Assembly: GCA_963768425.1 (NCBI GenBank)
Contig: CAVYHV010000017.1
Span: forward strand, 192,001-256,000
DNA from: Candidatus Bathyarchaeota archaeon
Lineage (GTDB): Archaea; Thermoproteota; Bathyarchaeia; Bathyarchaeales; Bathycorpusculaceae
Reading direction: 5' to 3'
Length of the DNA stretch: 64,000 nucleotides
In this document: positions 32,626 through 42,749 of the stretch, piece after piece
Layout: the number at the start of each line of letters is the position of its first letter
How positions within the stretch are numbered: position 1 is the stretch's first letter
Notes under the pieces: model-generated
Told to the model about the DNA's origin: nothing
The model's database searches: none
The model's input: the letters and a program-made list of their open reading frames with translations, nothing else
Position numbers and translations under genes: made by a program

Positions 32626-34190
32626 CGGTTTAATGACCGGCTGAAAACCATTTTTCCGTTAATAACGGTCAATTGAATGCCGATGTCCCGAATTTTTTCA
32701 ACGGCAGATGTGAATGGGTCGTCTGATAAAACTGTCAAATCCGCAACTTTGCCCTCTTCAATTATACCTTTAAGGTTTTCCTCACCTGAACAGTAGGCTG
32801 CATCGACGGTGTACATCCGTAGGGCTTCTTCCAAGGTTAACCGTTGTTCGGGAAAGCTGGCTCTTTGCAGTGCTTCTTGAATGCCTAGTAGTGGGCTAAG
32901 AGGTTCCATTGGACAGTCTGAGCCGCCTGCAACCTTAACGCCTGCATCCAGCAAGGTTTTGAGCGGATGAAGTAATTTTGCTCTTTCCAACCCAAGCCGT
33001 GCCTCAGCCGACCAAACCGCGAATTCAGTCGAAATGACTGTGGGCTGAACCGTTACGATGACTTTGCAAGCTTTCAGACGCTTGATTAATTCCTTCTTCA
33101 GGACTGCCGCCTGCTCCATCCGAAAACGAAACCTCTCTGCGGGTTTGGTTTGCTCGATCACCTGAAGAGCCATGTCAATTGCCTTGTCTCCCATGGCATG
33201 TATCACGGGTTGAAGACCCATTCCTAAAACCCTGTCAACCGAAGAAGCCAATTCTTGTTGAGTTAAAAGCATTTTACCGCTGTTTGCTGGATCGTCACTG
33301 TAGGGCTGCGAGAGAGCAGCTGTTTTGGAGTCTAGGTATCCATCGGTTGTGATGAAAACTCCGCCGACATGAATCATCGAAGTGTCGTTTGACTTGAACA
33401 CGTCTGTTTCTTTAAGGAACTCGTATGGAACGATAACGTTGACTCTCAAGGGAAGCTTCCCCTCCGCCTCGAGCCTTTGAACTATAGCGAGTTCGCCCTG
33501 CGAGATCAATATCCAATGTATGCTGGTTATTCCTGCTTGTGCGATTTTTTGGCAGGCAAAACCCGACGCATCTACAAGCTCGTCGACGGTTGGTTCCGGA
33601 ACTGCTTGCCAAATCAGATTAGTTGCGGTGTCTCGAAAAATGCCTGTTAGCGCGCCTTTCTCAGTGTCTTTGTCGATAGTTCCGCCTACAGGAACATCCG
33701 TTTGCTCCGTAATACCAGCCAAAGTTATGGCTCTACTGTTTGAGGCGCAGATCATTGCGGATTCACGGTACAGGATGACGGGGTTCTCCGGTGCAGCTCG
33801 GTTTAGGTCTTGTAAATTTGGCAAGCGTTTTTCTTTGAATCGGGTTTCATTCCAGCCGCGACCAATAATCCATTTTCCAGCATTTGTTTGTTTGGCTTTC
33901 TCTCCCAACAGGCGCTGCAGTTCACCTATTGAATCCGCCTGTGTCAGGTCGAGCCAGAGCAGACATCGGCCAAAGTCCGCCACGTGAACGTGAGTGTCAA
34001 TAAAGCCAGGAACAACCGCTTTCCCGTTGAGGTCTATGAGTTTGGTGTGTTTATCAATCAGTTGCTTTACCTCTTTGTCGCTTCCTACCTTGGCTATGTG
34101 GTTCCCTCTTACTGCCACTGCTTGAGCAAGAGGTTGATGAGGGTTCATGGTTCTGACTTTTGCATTGAGGAATACTAAATCTGCTGACAA
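32622..34190 (-). CDS. Amidohydrolase family 3 (YtcJ-like) metal-dependent hydrolase
   Basis: PGFIDTHVH, GRGW, DG.LDS.TAAL..PY, IHAMGD, GSDCP, GKVADL. Confidence 0.9.
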   Translation of the reverse strand: MSADLVFLNAKVRTMNPHQPLAQAVAVRGNHIAKVGSDKEVKQLIDKHTKLIDLNGKAVVPGFIDTHVHVADFGRCLLWLDLTQADSIGELQRLLGEKAKQTNAGKWIIGRGWNETRFKEKRLPNLQDLNRAAPENPVILYRESAMICASNSRAITLAGITEQTDVPVGGTIDKDTEKGALTGIFRDTATNLIWQAVPEPTVDELVDASGFACQKIAQAGITSIHWILISQGELAIVQRLEAEGKLPLRVNVIVPYEFLKETDVFKSNDTSMIHVGGVFITTDGYLDSKTAALSQPYSDDPANSGKMLLTQQELASSVDRVLGMGLQPVIHAMGDKAIDMALQVIEQTKPAERFRFRMEQAAVLKKELIKRLKACKVIVTVQPTVISTEFAVWSAEARLGLERAKLLHPLKTLLDAGVKVAGGSDCPMEPLSPLLGIQEALQRASFPEQRLTLEEALRMYTVDAAYCSGEENLKGIIEEGKVADLTVLSDDPFTSAVEKIRDIGIQLTVINGKMVFSRSLNR

Positions 34191-34440
34191 ACTTCACATT
34201 ACCTTTTAGTGTCTATGACTCTCGCTATTGTGCAATTGGCATAAAACCCTTTTGCACCTGCCCTCATGCGGCGGTTTTTCTAAGCAGGCATACAAATGGA
34301 AGCTTCAACTTCTGCAAGCATCAAGGTCGCTTGGTTGAAATTTTCGAGTGAAAACCACTTCCATCAATAGTATCACATTGTCTGTGGTTTTACTAAATAT
34401 TGTAGGAAAAAAATAGTTTTCTAAGTAAGATTACAACTAT

Positions 34441-34620
34441 TCAAGTTGTGGGTACTATTTTCAAGAATGAATGCTCACTGTAGCCGCAGTTTCTGCATTG
34501 CAATAATGACCAGAACGGAGGTATGCCCTGAGCCCAGAACACATCGGATGAACCACATTTTGGACAGAACTTAACTGGAAATTTGCTCTTCTTATCTTGT
34601 CTCGTTGATTTATCCGTCAA
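34441..34620 (-). CDS. Small zinc-ribbon protein (59 aa, below the ORF-track cutoff)
   Basis: Manual translation: MTDKSTRQDKKSKFPVKFCPKCGSSDVFWAQGIPPFWSLLQCRNCGYSEHSFLKIVPTT; TTG start with GTGATG upstream. Confidence 0.7.
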   Translation of the reverse strand: MTDKSTRQDKKSKFPVKFCPKCGSSDVFWAQGIPPFWSLLQCRNCGYSEHSFLKIVPTT

Positions 34621-34742
34621 AAAGCATCACGGTATCCAATTAATGTAAATATCATCTTGTTTGTTAGTTTGAGTGTGTTAATAATTTTTTATTCCTGAAA
34701 ATCTTTTTTAGCCATACAACTACTAATAATTGGTTTGAACTG

Positions 34743-35507
34743 ATGAAAATAGTTGAGCTCAATGAGGATCTGGAGAAGAACTTTGGGAAATACACGCACA
34801 GGGATCCTCTTGACTGTTATTTTTTCATTCATGATTACAATCAACATAAAGCACTAAGTGAGTTCCACTTAGTCATAAACGAAAGAGAAGAAATTCTGGG
34901 TATATCCCTGAACTATATGAGCCACGTTATGCAACTGAGAGGAACAGAAGCAGCTATTCGTCTAATGCTGGAGGAACTTAACATCGGGAACGCCTTCCTT
35001 CAAATACCCGTAGAGTACGAAAAAGTTGCTCTGTGCAAACATCCTTCATTCAGCTCCAAAGTGACTATAACACTAATGTCCATCAAGAAAGGACAAGAAA
35101 ACATAAAAATATCAACAACACCTGAAAAACTATCTGTTGAAGACTCAACGGAAATATTTAACCTACTAAACCAGACAAATCTTGCGTCATGGCATAGGGC
35201 TGCTGAAGAGGTAAGGTCACGTTTCGAAGACTCCTTATGGGTTGGTGTAAGAGAAAGCGGGAAACTCGTTTCGGCTGGTGCAGTTAGGTTGAACGATTAC
35301 GGAAGTTTAATCGGTCCCATTGTCACACTTGAATCATATAGAAACCGAGGTTATGCAACATCTGTTGTTTCAGACTTGGTCAGAGAAGCATTGAAAATAT
35401 CATCAACACCCGCTATATCGGTCAAGAGCGACAACTTACCAGCTATCCGCATTTATTCATCAGTTGGTTTTGAACCTTACAAATCATATCTTTTCCTAGG
35501 CGCATAA
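34743..35507 (+). CDS. GNAT family acetyltransferase
   Basis: C-terminal VTLESYRNRGYAT, NLPAIRIYSSVGF. Confidence 0.85.
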   Translation: MKIVELNEDLEKNFGKYTHRDPLDCYFFIHDYNQHKALSEFHLVINEREEILGISLNYMSHVMQLRGTEAAIRLMLEELNIGNAFLQIPVEYEKVALCKHPSFSSKVTITLMSIKKGQENIKISTTPEKLSVEDSTEIFNLLNQTNLASWHRAAEEVRSRFEDSLWVGVRESGKLVSAGAVRLNDYGSLIGPIVTLESYRNRGYATSVVSDLVREALKISSTPAISVKSDNLPAIRIYSSVGFEPYKSYLFLGA

Positions 35508-35549
35508 CCATCTTTTCACATGTTCTCTTCCGTATTCTCTCCGGAAAAG

Positions 35550-35672
35550 CTATGGCTCTGTTTTCCTGCACGGACAGTAAAAGCTGTGGTTTGATTGTTT
35601 GTGTTTGTAAACTGTTTTGTCGCCAACTGCACTAACAACCCAAACAAGGTACCCGCAATTCTTACATTTCAT
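35550..35672 (-). CDS. Putative 40-aa Cys/His metal-binding microprotein
   Basis: Manual translation: MKCKNCGYLVWVVSAVGDKTVYKHKQSNHSFYCPCRKTEP; AAGGATG and TTATAA upstream. Confidence 0.5.
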   Translation of the reverse strand: MKCKNCGYLVWVVSAVGDKTVYKHKQSNHSFYCPCRKTEP

Positions 35673-35815
35673 AGTTAGTATTCATCCTTAGAATTTGTTA
35701 TAAGTCCAATGGGAAAAACCAAGTTGCTCCGAGTGAGATAGATATCAACGACGAGGGAAGACGTCCCCACGACATAACGAAAAGCTTTTAATAAGTCGTA
35801 AGACACAATAAATAT

Positions 35816-36085
35816 GTGTATGTGAAGAGACGTAGCAGGCTTGAAATTTACTTAGAAATTTTGGGTATTTTAAATCAAACAAGCCCAATAAAGCTAACGC
35901 ACATCATGTGTAAAGTTAGTATTAATTGCGGCATCCTAAAAGAATACATAAACTCCATGTTAAAACAAGGCTTAATTGAAGAGCGTACCGCTGGTAAGCG
36001 GCAATTTTATGCGATTACACAAAAAGGCATTGAAGTTCTTGAGAATTTCCAAGAGCTTAAACAAATTCTACCAATCATTCAATAA
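35816..36085 (+). CDS. Archaeal winged-helix DNA-binding protein
   Basis: RRSRLEIYLEIL...LTHIM.K...L..GLI...Y.IT.KG pattern. Confidence 0.85.
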   Translation: MYVKRRSRLEIYLEILGILNQTSPIKLTHIMCKVSINCGILKEYINSMLKQGLIEERTAGKRQFYAITQKGIEVLENFQELKQILPIIQ

Positions 36086-36147
36086 ACTCAGCAATCCACA
36101 ATCTTATATAACTTGGTTCGTGTTTCTTCCGTCAAGGTCTAATCAGC

Positions 36148-36558
36148 TTGGACATGAGGCTACAAGTTTTCGAGTATTATACGAATGACGATAATGGGCG
36201 AAAAAGTTTTCGCCTCGCTGTTGTTAACTCTATTAAGTCTAAGAGTTATCCTCAGAATTTCGTTTGTATGCTCCCTTCACAGTTCGGGAAAGGAAAAGTA
36301 GATAGTGCTTTCCTTAAATTATTCAAAGAAAAAAGTTTGGAACAAGCTAAAGCTTTGTTGAAAACTGCTTTGGAGCGGGAGGATGATCCTGAAGTCAAAG
36401 CTGAAATTGAGAGAAGACTCAAACTGCTTGAGCCTAAGGGAGTTAACCAGATAAAGTGTAGCAGGTGCGGGAAACTTTTTCAATCCAGAGGAGTAAGAAA
36501 GTTCAAGAAGAGTTTTTGTGAAGAATGCATGAAGAAAAGGTTTGGAAGCCAAGAATAG
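36148..36558 (+). CDS. Hypothetical protein with C-terminal zinc finger
   Basis: CSRCGK...FCEEC. Confidence 0.7.
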   Translation: MDMRLQVFEYYTNDDNGRKSFRLAVVNSIKSKSYPQNFVCMLPSQFGKGKVDSAFLKLFKEKSLEQAKALLKTALEREDDPEVKAEIERRLKLLEPKGVNQIKCSRCGKLFQSRGVRKFKKSFCEECMKKRFGSQE

Positions 36559-36562
36559 AGTT

Positions 36563-36772
36563 CTAAGCCTCGGAAATAACCATATAGTCTTTGTTTTTTT
36601 CCACTGAGAATTTGTTGTTAAGAAATAGCTTCACTGCTTGAAGGTCATAATCGCCTTTAATCTTCAGCTGGTAGATATCTGGTAAGCTATGTTCAATACT
36701 GACAACAACAGGGCTAACAAGCTGATGAGCACCTAACTCTCTTAGAAGAGCAACCGACTGTTCTCTATTCAC
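36563..36772 (-). CDS. Small hypothetical protein
   Basis: 69-aa ORF, GGGGAAG upstream, convergent with the neighbouring gene. Confidence 0.55.
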   Translation of the reverse strand: MNREQSVALLRELGAHQLVSPVVVSIEHSLPDIYQLKIKGDYDLQAVKLFLNNKFSVEKNKDYMVISEA

Positions 36773-37398
36773 TTGCTTCCCCTAACTCGCTTAATGGACG
36801 TACAAAGCTAATAACACTTTGCTGAAGAATTGTGTATATAAACTCGAAGTTTTTATTCAAATTTGCGCTGTAAAACGCCTGACCTCAAACCAAAAAATCT
36901 ATGCTGGAACGGCTTTATCGCCCCTATTTACTTATTCCATCCCTCTAGTTTCCAGCAACTAACTCGGAGTTTCCAGAAGAATCCATGAGACGAAGCCCAG
37001 AACCAAAACAAAATCACCAAATCATTTCACAACAAACACCTAACTTGATTTGTAAATCCAAAAACGTAAACAGTTAAAGCAGATCCAAAATGGGTTATAG
37101 CACAGAAAAACAGTTCAAGATTAAAGAAAGGATTCTGCTTTAACTTCATCTTGGGTAATGTACGACTTTCTTAGAAAGAAAACAAGTTGCTGTACAAGAA
37201 AGGGTTTTGAATGGACAAAGAAAAAAACGCCCTGAATCATCCATTGGGAACTTAGCCCGTTACAGGATTATTCAACTTTTCTATGCGAGAGGTTGATGGA
37301 ACTTGAACTGGTTAATTGTTTCTTTCTATTGGGATATTTACCCGTAACTCGCAAATCTTAAATATATGTAAATACTTTAGTGTTTACTCGACCCTGAA

Positions 37399-37881
37399 AT
37401 GTCACCAACCTGCACTCTAACCTCTCCACTTAGCCAAAAACAAAAAACCGTCTGGTCACTGATAAGCAGAGGCTCATCTATCGCTGCCATCGCAGACAAG
37501 CTAAACACCACCAGACAATTTGTAAACCAAACTAAACTAGTCGCAGAAGCCAAACTATCCACAACCCTCCTAAACGTAGCCCAAGCCAACGACCTCCAAA
37601 TCACAAAACTATACCCAAAAGAAGGCATACTGCTAGGCTATCATCCATCTCTAAAACGCAAAGCCATTGTAACCTACAGCACTAACCACGGCTTAAAAGT
37701 GTGGTACTGGCACGACAACCCCGAAGAAGTAACCAACCAACAATTCCTAAAACAAACCCAAACCTACCTGCTTGACCTCGCCAAAGAAAAGGGCATAGAA
37801 ATCCCCAACGCAGCAACAATTCACCCAGCAAGGCTGGCGCACTTCGTTTTTTGTAAACTTGCACCGGAGATAGAAACATGA
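37399..37881 (+). CDS. HTH-containing putative regulator
   Basis: LSQKQKTVW...SIAAIADKLNTTRQFV HTH-like segment; TTAAATA upstream. Confidence 0.7.
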   Translation: MSPTCTLTSPLSQKQKTVWSLISRGSSIAAIADKLNTTRQFVNQTKLVAEAKLSTTLLNVAQANDLQITKLYPKEGILLGYHPSLKRKAIVTYSTNHGLKVWYWHDNPEEVTNQQFLKQTQTYLLDLAKEKGIEIPNAATIHPARLAHFVFCKLAPEIET

Positions 37882-38699
37882 ACCCACTATACTACTTGAG
37901 AGAGCGTATTCGAGGCTGGCTTCCCCAAGAGCCTCAACAACCCGAAAAAAGAGTCAATATAAATCTTGTAAACCCTACTCCAAAAGCGCCAATGGTCTTC
38001 CGTGTTAGCGGTCTGCTGTTATCCGCAGTTGGAGTCTTCCTACTAGCTATGGTTGGTTTTAACGCCTTAGTATTCGTTTCGGGCTACAACCTCAGTAACA
38101 TTGTGAATTTGCTTCCAATATCGTTCGTTGCAAGCATTGCTTTGATGGTGGCTGGTATGACATTGAGTGCCCATTCAGAACAATTTAATGGCAGATTTCT
38201 GAGAAGACCTTGCCTGACTGCCGGATTAATATTGCTAACTATTAGCATTTCCGCCATCCTCTCTGAATATTTATTGTCAACGCGAATGGGACCATATCAA
38301 TATGGTTTACTCGTTGAGCCTTACGCAACATTTTTTTGGTTTTTGGCTTTTGCAGGGGGGCTCATACTGTTTCTAGGTCTTTCGAAATGGTCAGCATTAC
38401 CCAGCTTAGCTAAAAAGTCATTTTGTGTCTTGGCTTTCGGCGCAGCCACCAGCCTAACGTTAGCTCTTATTCTCCAGTTTAAACCTACTCCTCCAGCTGT
38501 TCCTCTGTCTTTAATTTCTGTGTGGAGTAGTCCCTATCTGCTGTTTAGCTCTATTCTGAGCCCTGTTGGACTTATATGCTTAGTTTTGGGGTGGGCTGGT
38601 CTGTTTTCAATTAGCATGAAAAAGCGACCGTTCTTGCTTCCAAGCCTATTCACCTTAATGTTAGCTATTGGAATATTCTTGTCAGTAGTTCTTATTTAG
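37878..38699 (+). CDS. Multi-pass membrane protein with N-terminal RIRGWLPQEP motif
   Basis: About 7 TM segments; ATGA overlap with the HTH gene. Confidence 0.75.
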   Translation: MNPLYYLRERIRGWLPQEPQQPEKRVNINLVNPTPKAPMVFRVSGLLLSAVGVFLLAMVGFNALVFVSGYNLSNIVNLLPISFVASIALMVAGMTLSAHSEQFNGRFLRRPCLTAGLILLTISISAILSEYLLSTRMGPYQYGLLVEPYATFFWFLAFAGGLILFLGLSKWSALPSLAKKSFCVLAFGAATSLTLALILQFKPTPPAVPLSLISVWSSPYLLFSSILSPVGLICLVLGWAGLFSISMKKRPFLLPSLFTLMLAIGIFLSVVLI

Positions 38700-38930
38700 A
38701 CTTTGAGCTTTCTTCGAATTCGAAATAACTAGACAGAGATTGAAAACTAAGCCGACGAGTAAGCATCTAAAAACAGATAACACGAATAAGTAGACCTTTT
38801 CTGCGGCTACGAGTACCCACACTTGTGATTAAAAGTTGTCTGAGCGGAAACAATAGGCAAAAGCACATAAGAAAAAGTTAAATCTGCATTGATATAAAGA
38901 GCATAAATAAGGAAATATAGGAACCAATTA

Positions 38931-39347
38931 ATGCCGAAGAAAAAAATCATAGCGGTTGTTTTAGTAGTGGCAATCGTCGTCATAGCCATTGTTGGATATG
39001 AATTTTTTATAGTTAATTCCCTTTCTGGTTATACCAAAGTCTCTCTTACATATGCTCAGACCTATTCTATAAAATTTGGAAGCACTGTTTATTATATAAC
39101 GTATAATGATGTTCAAAATGGATTTGTCTCATCAATGCCTGTTTTTCAAGTAACGGCGCAGACGCTCATTAATAACTCAAGCCAAAGTTTCGGAGCAAAT
39201 CAAGGAGAGAGACCCAGTTTCTCAGGGCTTCAAATGGTGGTGGGCAATGTAAATTCTAACCAAATGATTCTATATGTCAAGTCTACAATCTCAAGCTCTA
39301 AGCCAATAATTTCTACGCCAAACTTACCAACAGATTGGTGGAAATGA
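38931..39347 (+). CDS. Membrane-anchored secreted hypothetical protein
   Basis: MPKKK followed by a hydrophobic anchor and a S/T/N-rich domain. Confidence 0.65.
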   Translation: MPKKKIIAVVLVVAIVVIAIVGYEFFIVNSLSGYTKVSLTYAQTYSIKFGSTVYYITYNDVQNGFVSSMPVFQVTAQTLINNSSQSFGANQGERPSFSGLQMVVGNVNSNQMILYVKSTISSSKPIISTPNLPTDWWK

Positions 39348-39510
39348 TAGTTGTCATGTTAGGCATCGAAAAACCATCAACTTGAGGTACCCAGTACCGC
39401 TCTTAAAGGTACCTGTGTACCTAAGCTTTACTTCAGAAACTTTGACTAAAATCAGTCAAGAATCCTTTACGAACAGCCTTTTATCTTTTTGAGTACGCTT
39501 AGAGTTACTA

Positions 39511-39810
39511 TTGAATAGAAGGGACAAACGTTTTGCCTTAATTAGTTTAGCGTTAGCAATCATAGCAGTTGTTGTAGTTGCTATTTTTGTTCCCCCAAAT
39601 ACTGAAATGTCAGCATCTAACCATTTTGCGTCTCAGATTAACACAGAATTGTCATCATCCAATGTCGGGGATTTGGCTGGAAGTAACGTTATTTACTTTT
39701 ACTACAATAGTGCTTGATATGAGCATACATAGCAAAAGTAGATTTGGCATTTAGAACAGTGTTTACCAGCTCCACCTACACTCTTACCGCAACTGTCACA
39801 AGGTCTTGAT
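39511..39810 (+). pseudogene. Probable remnant of a secreted-protein gene
   Basis: Signal-anchor ORF stops at 39717; a downstream frame reads YIAKVDLAFRTVFTSSTYTLTATVTRS*. Confidence 0.35.
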
Positions 39811-39974
39811 AAATCAACCATAGAATACGGTAAGTTCTCAAACGGTTTTTAAAGCAAGTGATGAAACTACTTTGTAGCACAGTAGAGACCATTTTGAAAG
39901 TGATTATTCAAACAACAAACGAAATTTTTTGGGGATAATAAGTCTTAAATCTGCACAGGTGGAAGCAATAATTT

Positions 39975-40196
39975 ATGAATAAAATAAACATGAAAACACG
40001 TTTGTATCTGACACTTATCGGTGTAAATCTAAACTTTTTGGCATTATTTTTCTTCATAATAGGCTTGCTGAAACTTTATGGAGAAAGCTCTGATTCACTA
40101 ATAGCGGAAATTTTCACCGTACTTATTGGCAGTCTCATGATTTTTGTTGGGTTAAAAAGCTTTAATCGAAATAACCCCAAAAAGACTGTTAGGTAG
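39975..40196 (+). CDS. Small two-TM membrane protein
   Basis: 73 aa, two hydrophobic helices, basic tail. Confidence 0.5.
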   Translation: MNKINMKTRLYLTLIGVNLNFLALFFFIIGLLKLYGESSDSLIAEIFTVLIGSLMIFVGLKSFNRNNPKKTVR

Positions 40197-40331
40197 GCTA
40201 TTTGACGGTAAAAAATCTTAAATCTGTAAAGCGTAGAAATAGCCTAATTCTTAGGCAAGAAACATTGACTTGAGCCAGTCAAAAATCTTTTACGGGAAGC
40301 CTTTTAACGTAAACAGGTTCCAAGAGTAAGT

Positions 40332-41255
40332 ATGGGAAGCACAAGCAAGAGTTTGGCTTTAATTCTGATTATAATCATATTTGTATCAAGCCCTAGTCTT
40401 ATTGCGATTAAACCTGTCTGTGCTCAGTCAAACTCTACGCCATCTGTTCCAGAATTCACTGTGAATTACGTGGATGACTCATATTATTCATCGCCGACCT
40501 ACACTCCAAACCCTTTTACAGGCAATACACCATCTGGCGACGTTAATTTTTATGAAAACAAATCTCTAGTACTAACAATCCAAAATCAAGCATTTGAGAG
40601 CTCTAATTCTTTTATAAGTTTACATTATAGTGTTCAGTGGAAAGGTCACTTTGAGACGACATGGAATCTTTTCAATGTTGATATTAACCCTGATGCATTG
40701 TCTGACGTTACCGTTTTTCCTATAGGTTTTAGCGGAGACAACGGTACTTTTGGTTCTCCAGCCACAGTGCCTGATGTTCCCAATGGTGGAAAAATAGATT
40801 TTCAAGTGGAAGCAGCAATAGGATCTTGGTATACAGTTCCCTATTATCCCCATGGATATGATAGCAATGGTAATCCTATAGGAATGCCTTTTGGAACGAC
40901 TCCGGTTTTTAATGGGACAACAAGCGGTTGGAGCAACATAGCAACTATAAGCATACCAGATGGTTCAGTAACTTCATACCCAAATACAGGAACTCCACCA
41001 ATATCTACTCAAGAAACTCCCATTCCAAACCCCACTCCCACACCTACAGTGTCGCCTTCAACTACTAGTGCAACTTCTGAATCTAGCCCTGCCGTCCCAG
41101 AGTTTCCTACTTGGATAATTCTGGCACTTTTTGCAGCAGTACTGCTATCAACTGTATTTGCCAGAAAGAGAATAACCAAAACATCGTCCTTCAAACAGAA
41201 ACACTGGTTGAGCCTGTTTTGCATAACACATAATAGTTTGCAGAGCCGATTTTAG
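40332..41255 (+). CDS. Secreted surface protein with PEF-CTERM-like sorting signal
   Basis: Signal peptide, PSVPEFT, Pro/Thr linker, VPEFP + TM + RKR. Confidence 0.75.
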   Translation: MGSTSKSLALILIIIIFVSSPSLIAIKPVCAQSNSTPSVPEFTVNYVDDSYYSSPTYTPNPFTGNTPSGDVNFYENKSLVLTIQNQAFESSNSFISLHYSVQWKGHFETTWNLFNVDINPDALSDVTVFPIGFSGDNGTFGSPATVPDVPNGGKIDFQVEAAIGSWYTVPYYPHGYDSNGNPIGMPFGTTPVFNGTTSGWSNIATISIPDGSVTSYPNTGTPPISTQETPIPNPTPTPTVSPSTTSATSESSPAVPEFPTWIILALFAAVLLSTVFARKRITKTSSFKQKHWLSLFCITHNSLQSRF

Positions 41256-41276
41256 CATCAAAGTCGGGGAAACAGC

Positions 41277-42743
41277 GTGAAAGCTCACGTAGTACTTGCT
41301 AATCCACCTTATCCTGAAGATGTGCCGCAAGCCGTCTTCATTCCGCTAGGCATCAGCTACCTTGTCGCTGTCCTCGAGCAGAACGGGTACGAAGTAGACG
41401 TCGTTGATTGCCAAGTAGCTAAACTCAGCCAAAAGGACCTGGAATACAAGTTCCGAAGCCTCAAACCCGACATAGTCGGGGCAACAGCCGCAACCGTAAC
41501 TTACTATCCAGCGTTGCAGGTCCTCAAAGCAGCCAAAGCCGCCGTGCCCAACTGCTTAACCCTCATCGGTGGCCCCCACGTTACCGTTCTGGACGAGCGC
41601 ACCTTCACCGACAGCCCAGACGTAGACATCGTCGTGCGGGGCGAAGGAGAACAAACCATGCTCGATCTCGCACGCTTAGCATCAGAGGGCAACCTGAAAA
41701 GTCTTGGCGAAGTTTTAGGCATCACATTCAAGAGAAACGGACAAGTCATCCGCACAGCCGACCGACCCTTCCTTGAAGACATCGATACGCTTCCTTACCC
41801 GGCGCACAAGCACTTTGACGTAACCAGATACAGAATCAACGGCAAGCTCTACATGCCCATAATAACCAGCCGCGGATGCCCGTTTAACTGTGCTTTCTGC
41901 TTAGCATCAAAGATGTGTGGAAAAGGCTTCAGGGCACGAAAACCCAAAAAAGTGGTGGATGAACTCGAGTGGCTCAGAGATACTTTTGGGGCAGGAGCCT
42001 TCGCCTTCTATGATGATACATTCACTTCTGACGTTCCGCGGGCAATCGCTATCTGCGACGAAATGAAAGCAAGAGGGTTCGACATGCCGTGGGACTGCCG
42101 AACAAGAGTTGATAAAGTCTCTAAACCTCTGCTGGACAAGCTTCAGAGCACAAACTGCCAGCTCATCCATTTCGGGGTCGAATCAGGCAACCAACAACTG
42201 CTCAACACTATGCGGAAGGGCACAACAGTTGAGCAAAACGCAAATGCAATTAAACTGGCGAAGGAAGCAGACATTTTGGTCGCGATATCGCTTGTGATTG
42301 GATACCCAGGCGAAACCCCGGAGATGCTTAAGCAAACCGTGGATTTCATCCGCAAAACTAAGCCTGACTATGTCTACATGTGTGAGGCCGTTCCCTATCC
42401 AGGCACCCAGCTTTATGATTACGTGAAGGAGTTGGGATTGGAGTTTTCAGAGAACTGGAATCTTTACCATGAACAGATGCAGGTTTTCAAGAACACGTTG
42501 CTGCCGCTGGAGAAGCTAGAGCAGACCAAAAAGCGGGTTTACGACGGCGTCTTCACGCCAACATATTATTTGCGGATGAGGCGAAGAGGAGACTTCCACA
42601 GCCAAATCATGGCTCGCATGGCCCTAAACCATCTCGTTTGGAAGTACAAGGCTACAAGATGGGGATTTAGGCAACTGGGCAAGGTCAGACACGTCAAACA
42701 GAGTCCAGGCGGGCACAGTACCCCAAGCAAAGATCAAGAATAA
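41277..42743 (+). CDS. Cobalamin-binding radical SAM protein #7
   Basis: LANPPYP, PLGISY, GGPH, RGEGE, SRGCPFNCAFC, GVESG, PYPGT. Confidence 0.93.
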   Translation: MKAHVVLANPPYPEDVPQAVFIPLGISYLVAVLEQNGYEVDVVDCQVAKLSQKDLEYKFRSLKPDIVGATAATVTYYPALQVLKAAKAAVPNCLTLIGGPHVTVLDERTFTDSPDVDIVVRGEGEQTMLDLARLASEGNLKSLGEVLGITFKRNGQVIRTADRPFLEDIDTLPYPAHKHFDVTRYRINGKLYMPIITSRGCPFNCAFCLASKMCGKGFRARKPKKVVDELEWLRDTFGAGAFAFYDDTFTSDVPRAIAICDEMKARGFDMPWDCRTRVDKVSKPLLDKLQSTNCQLIHFGVESGNQQLLNTMRKGTTVEQNANAIKLAKEADILVAISLVIGYPGETPEMLKQTVDFIRKTKPDYVYMCEAVPYPGTQLYDYVKELGLEFSENWNLYHEQMQVFKNTLLPLEKLEQTKKRVYDGVFTPTYYLRMRRRGDFHSQIMARMALNHLVWKYKATRWGFRQLGKVRHVKQSPGGHSTPSKDQE

Positions 42744-42749
42744 AAAAGC

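Noticed and set aside
34200-41255. Provirus, transposon or defence island
   Set aside because: No integrase, transposase, capsid, nuclease or att-like repeats were recognised.
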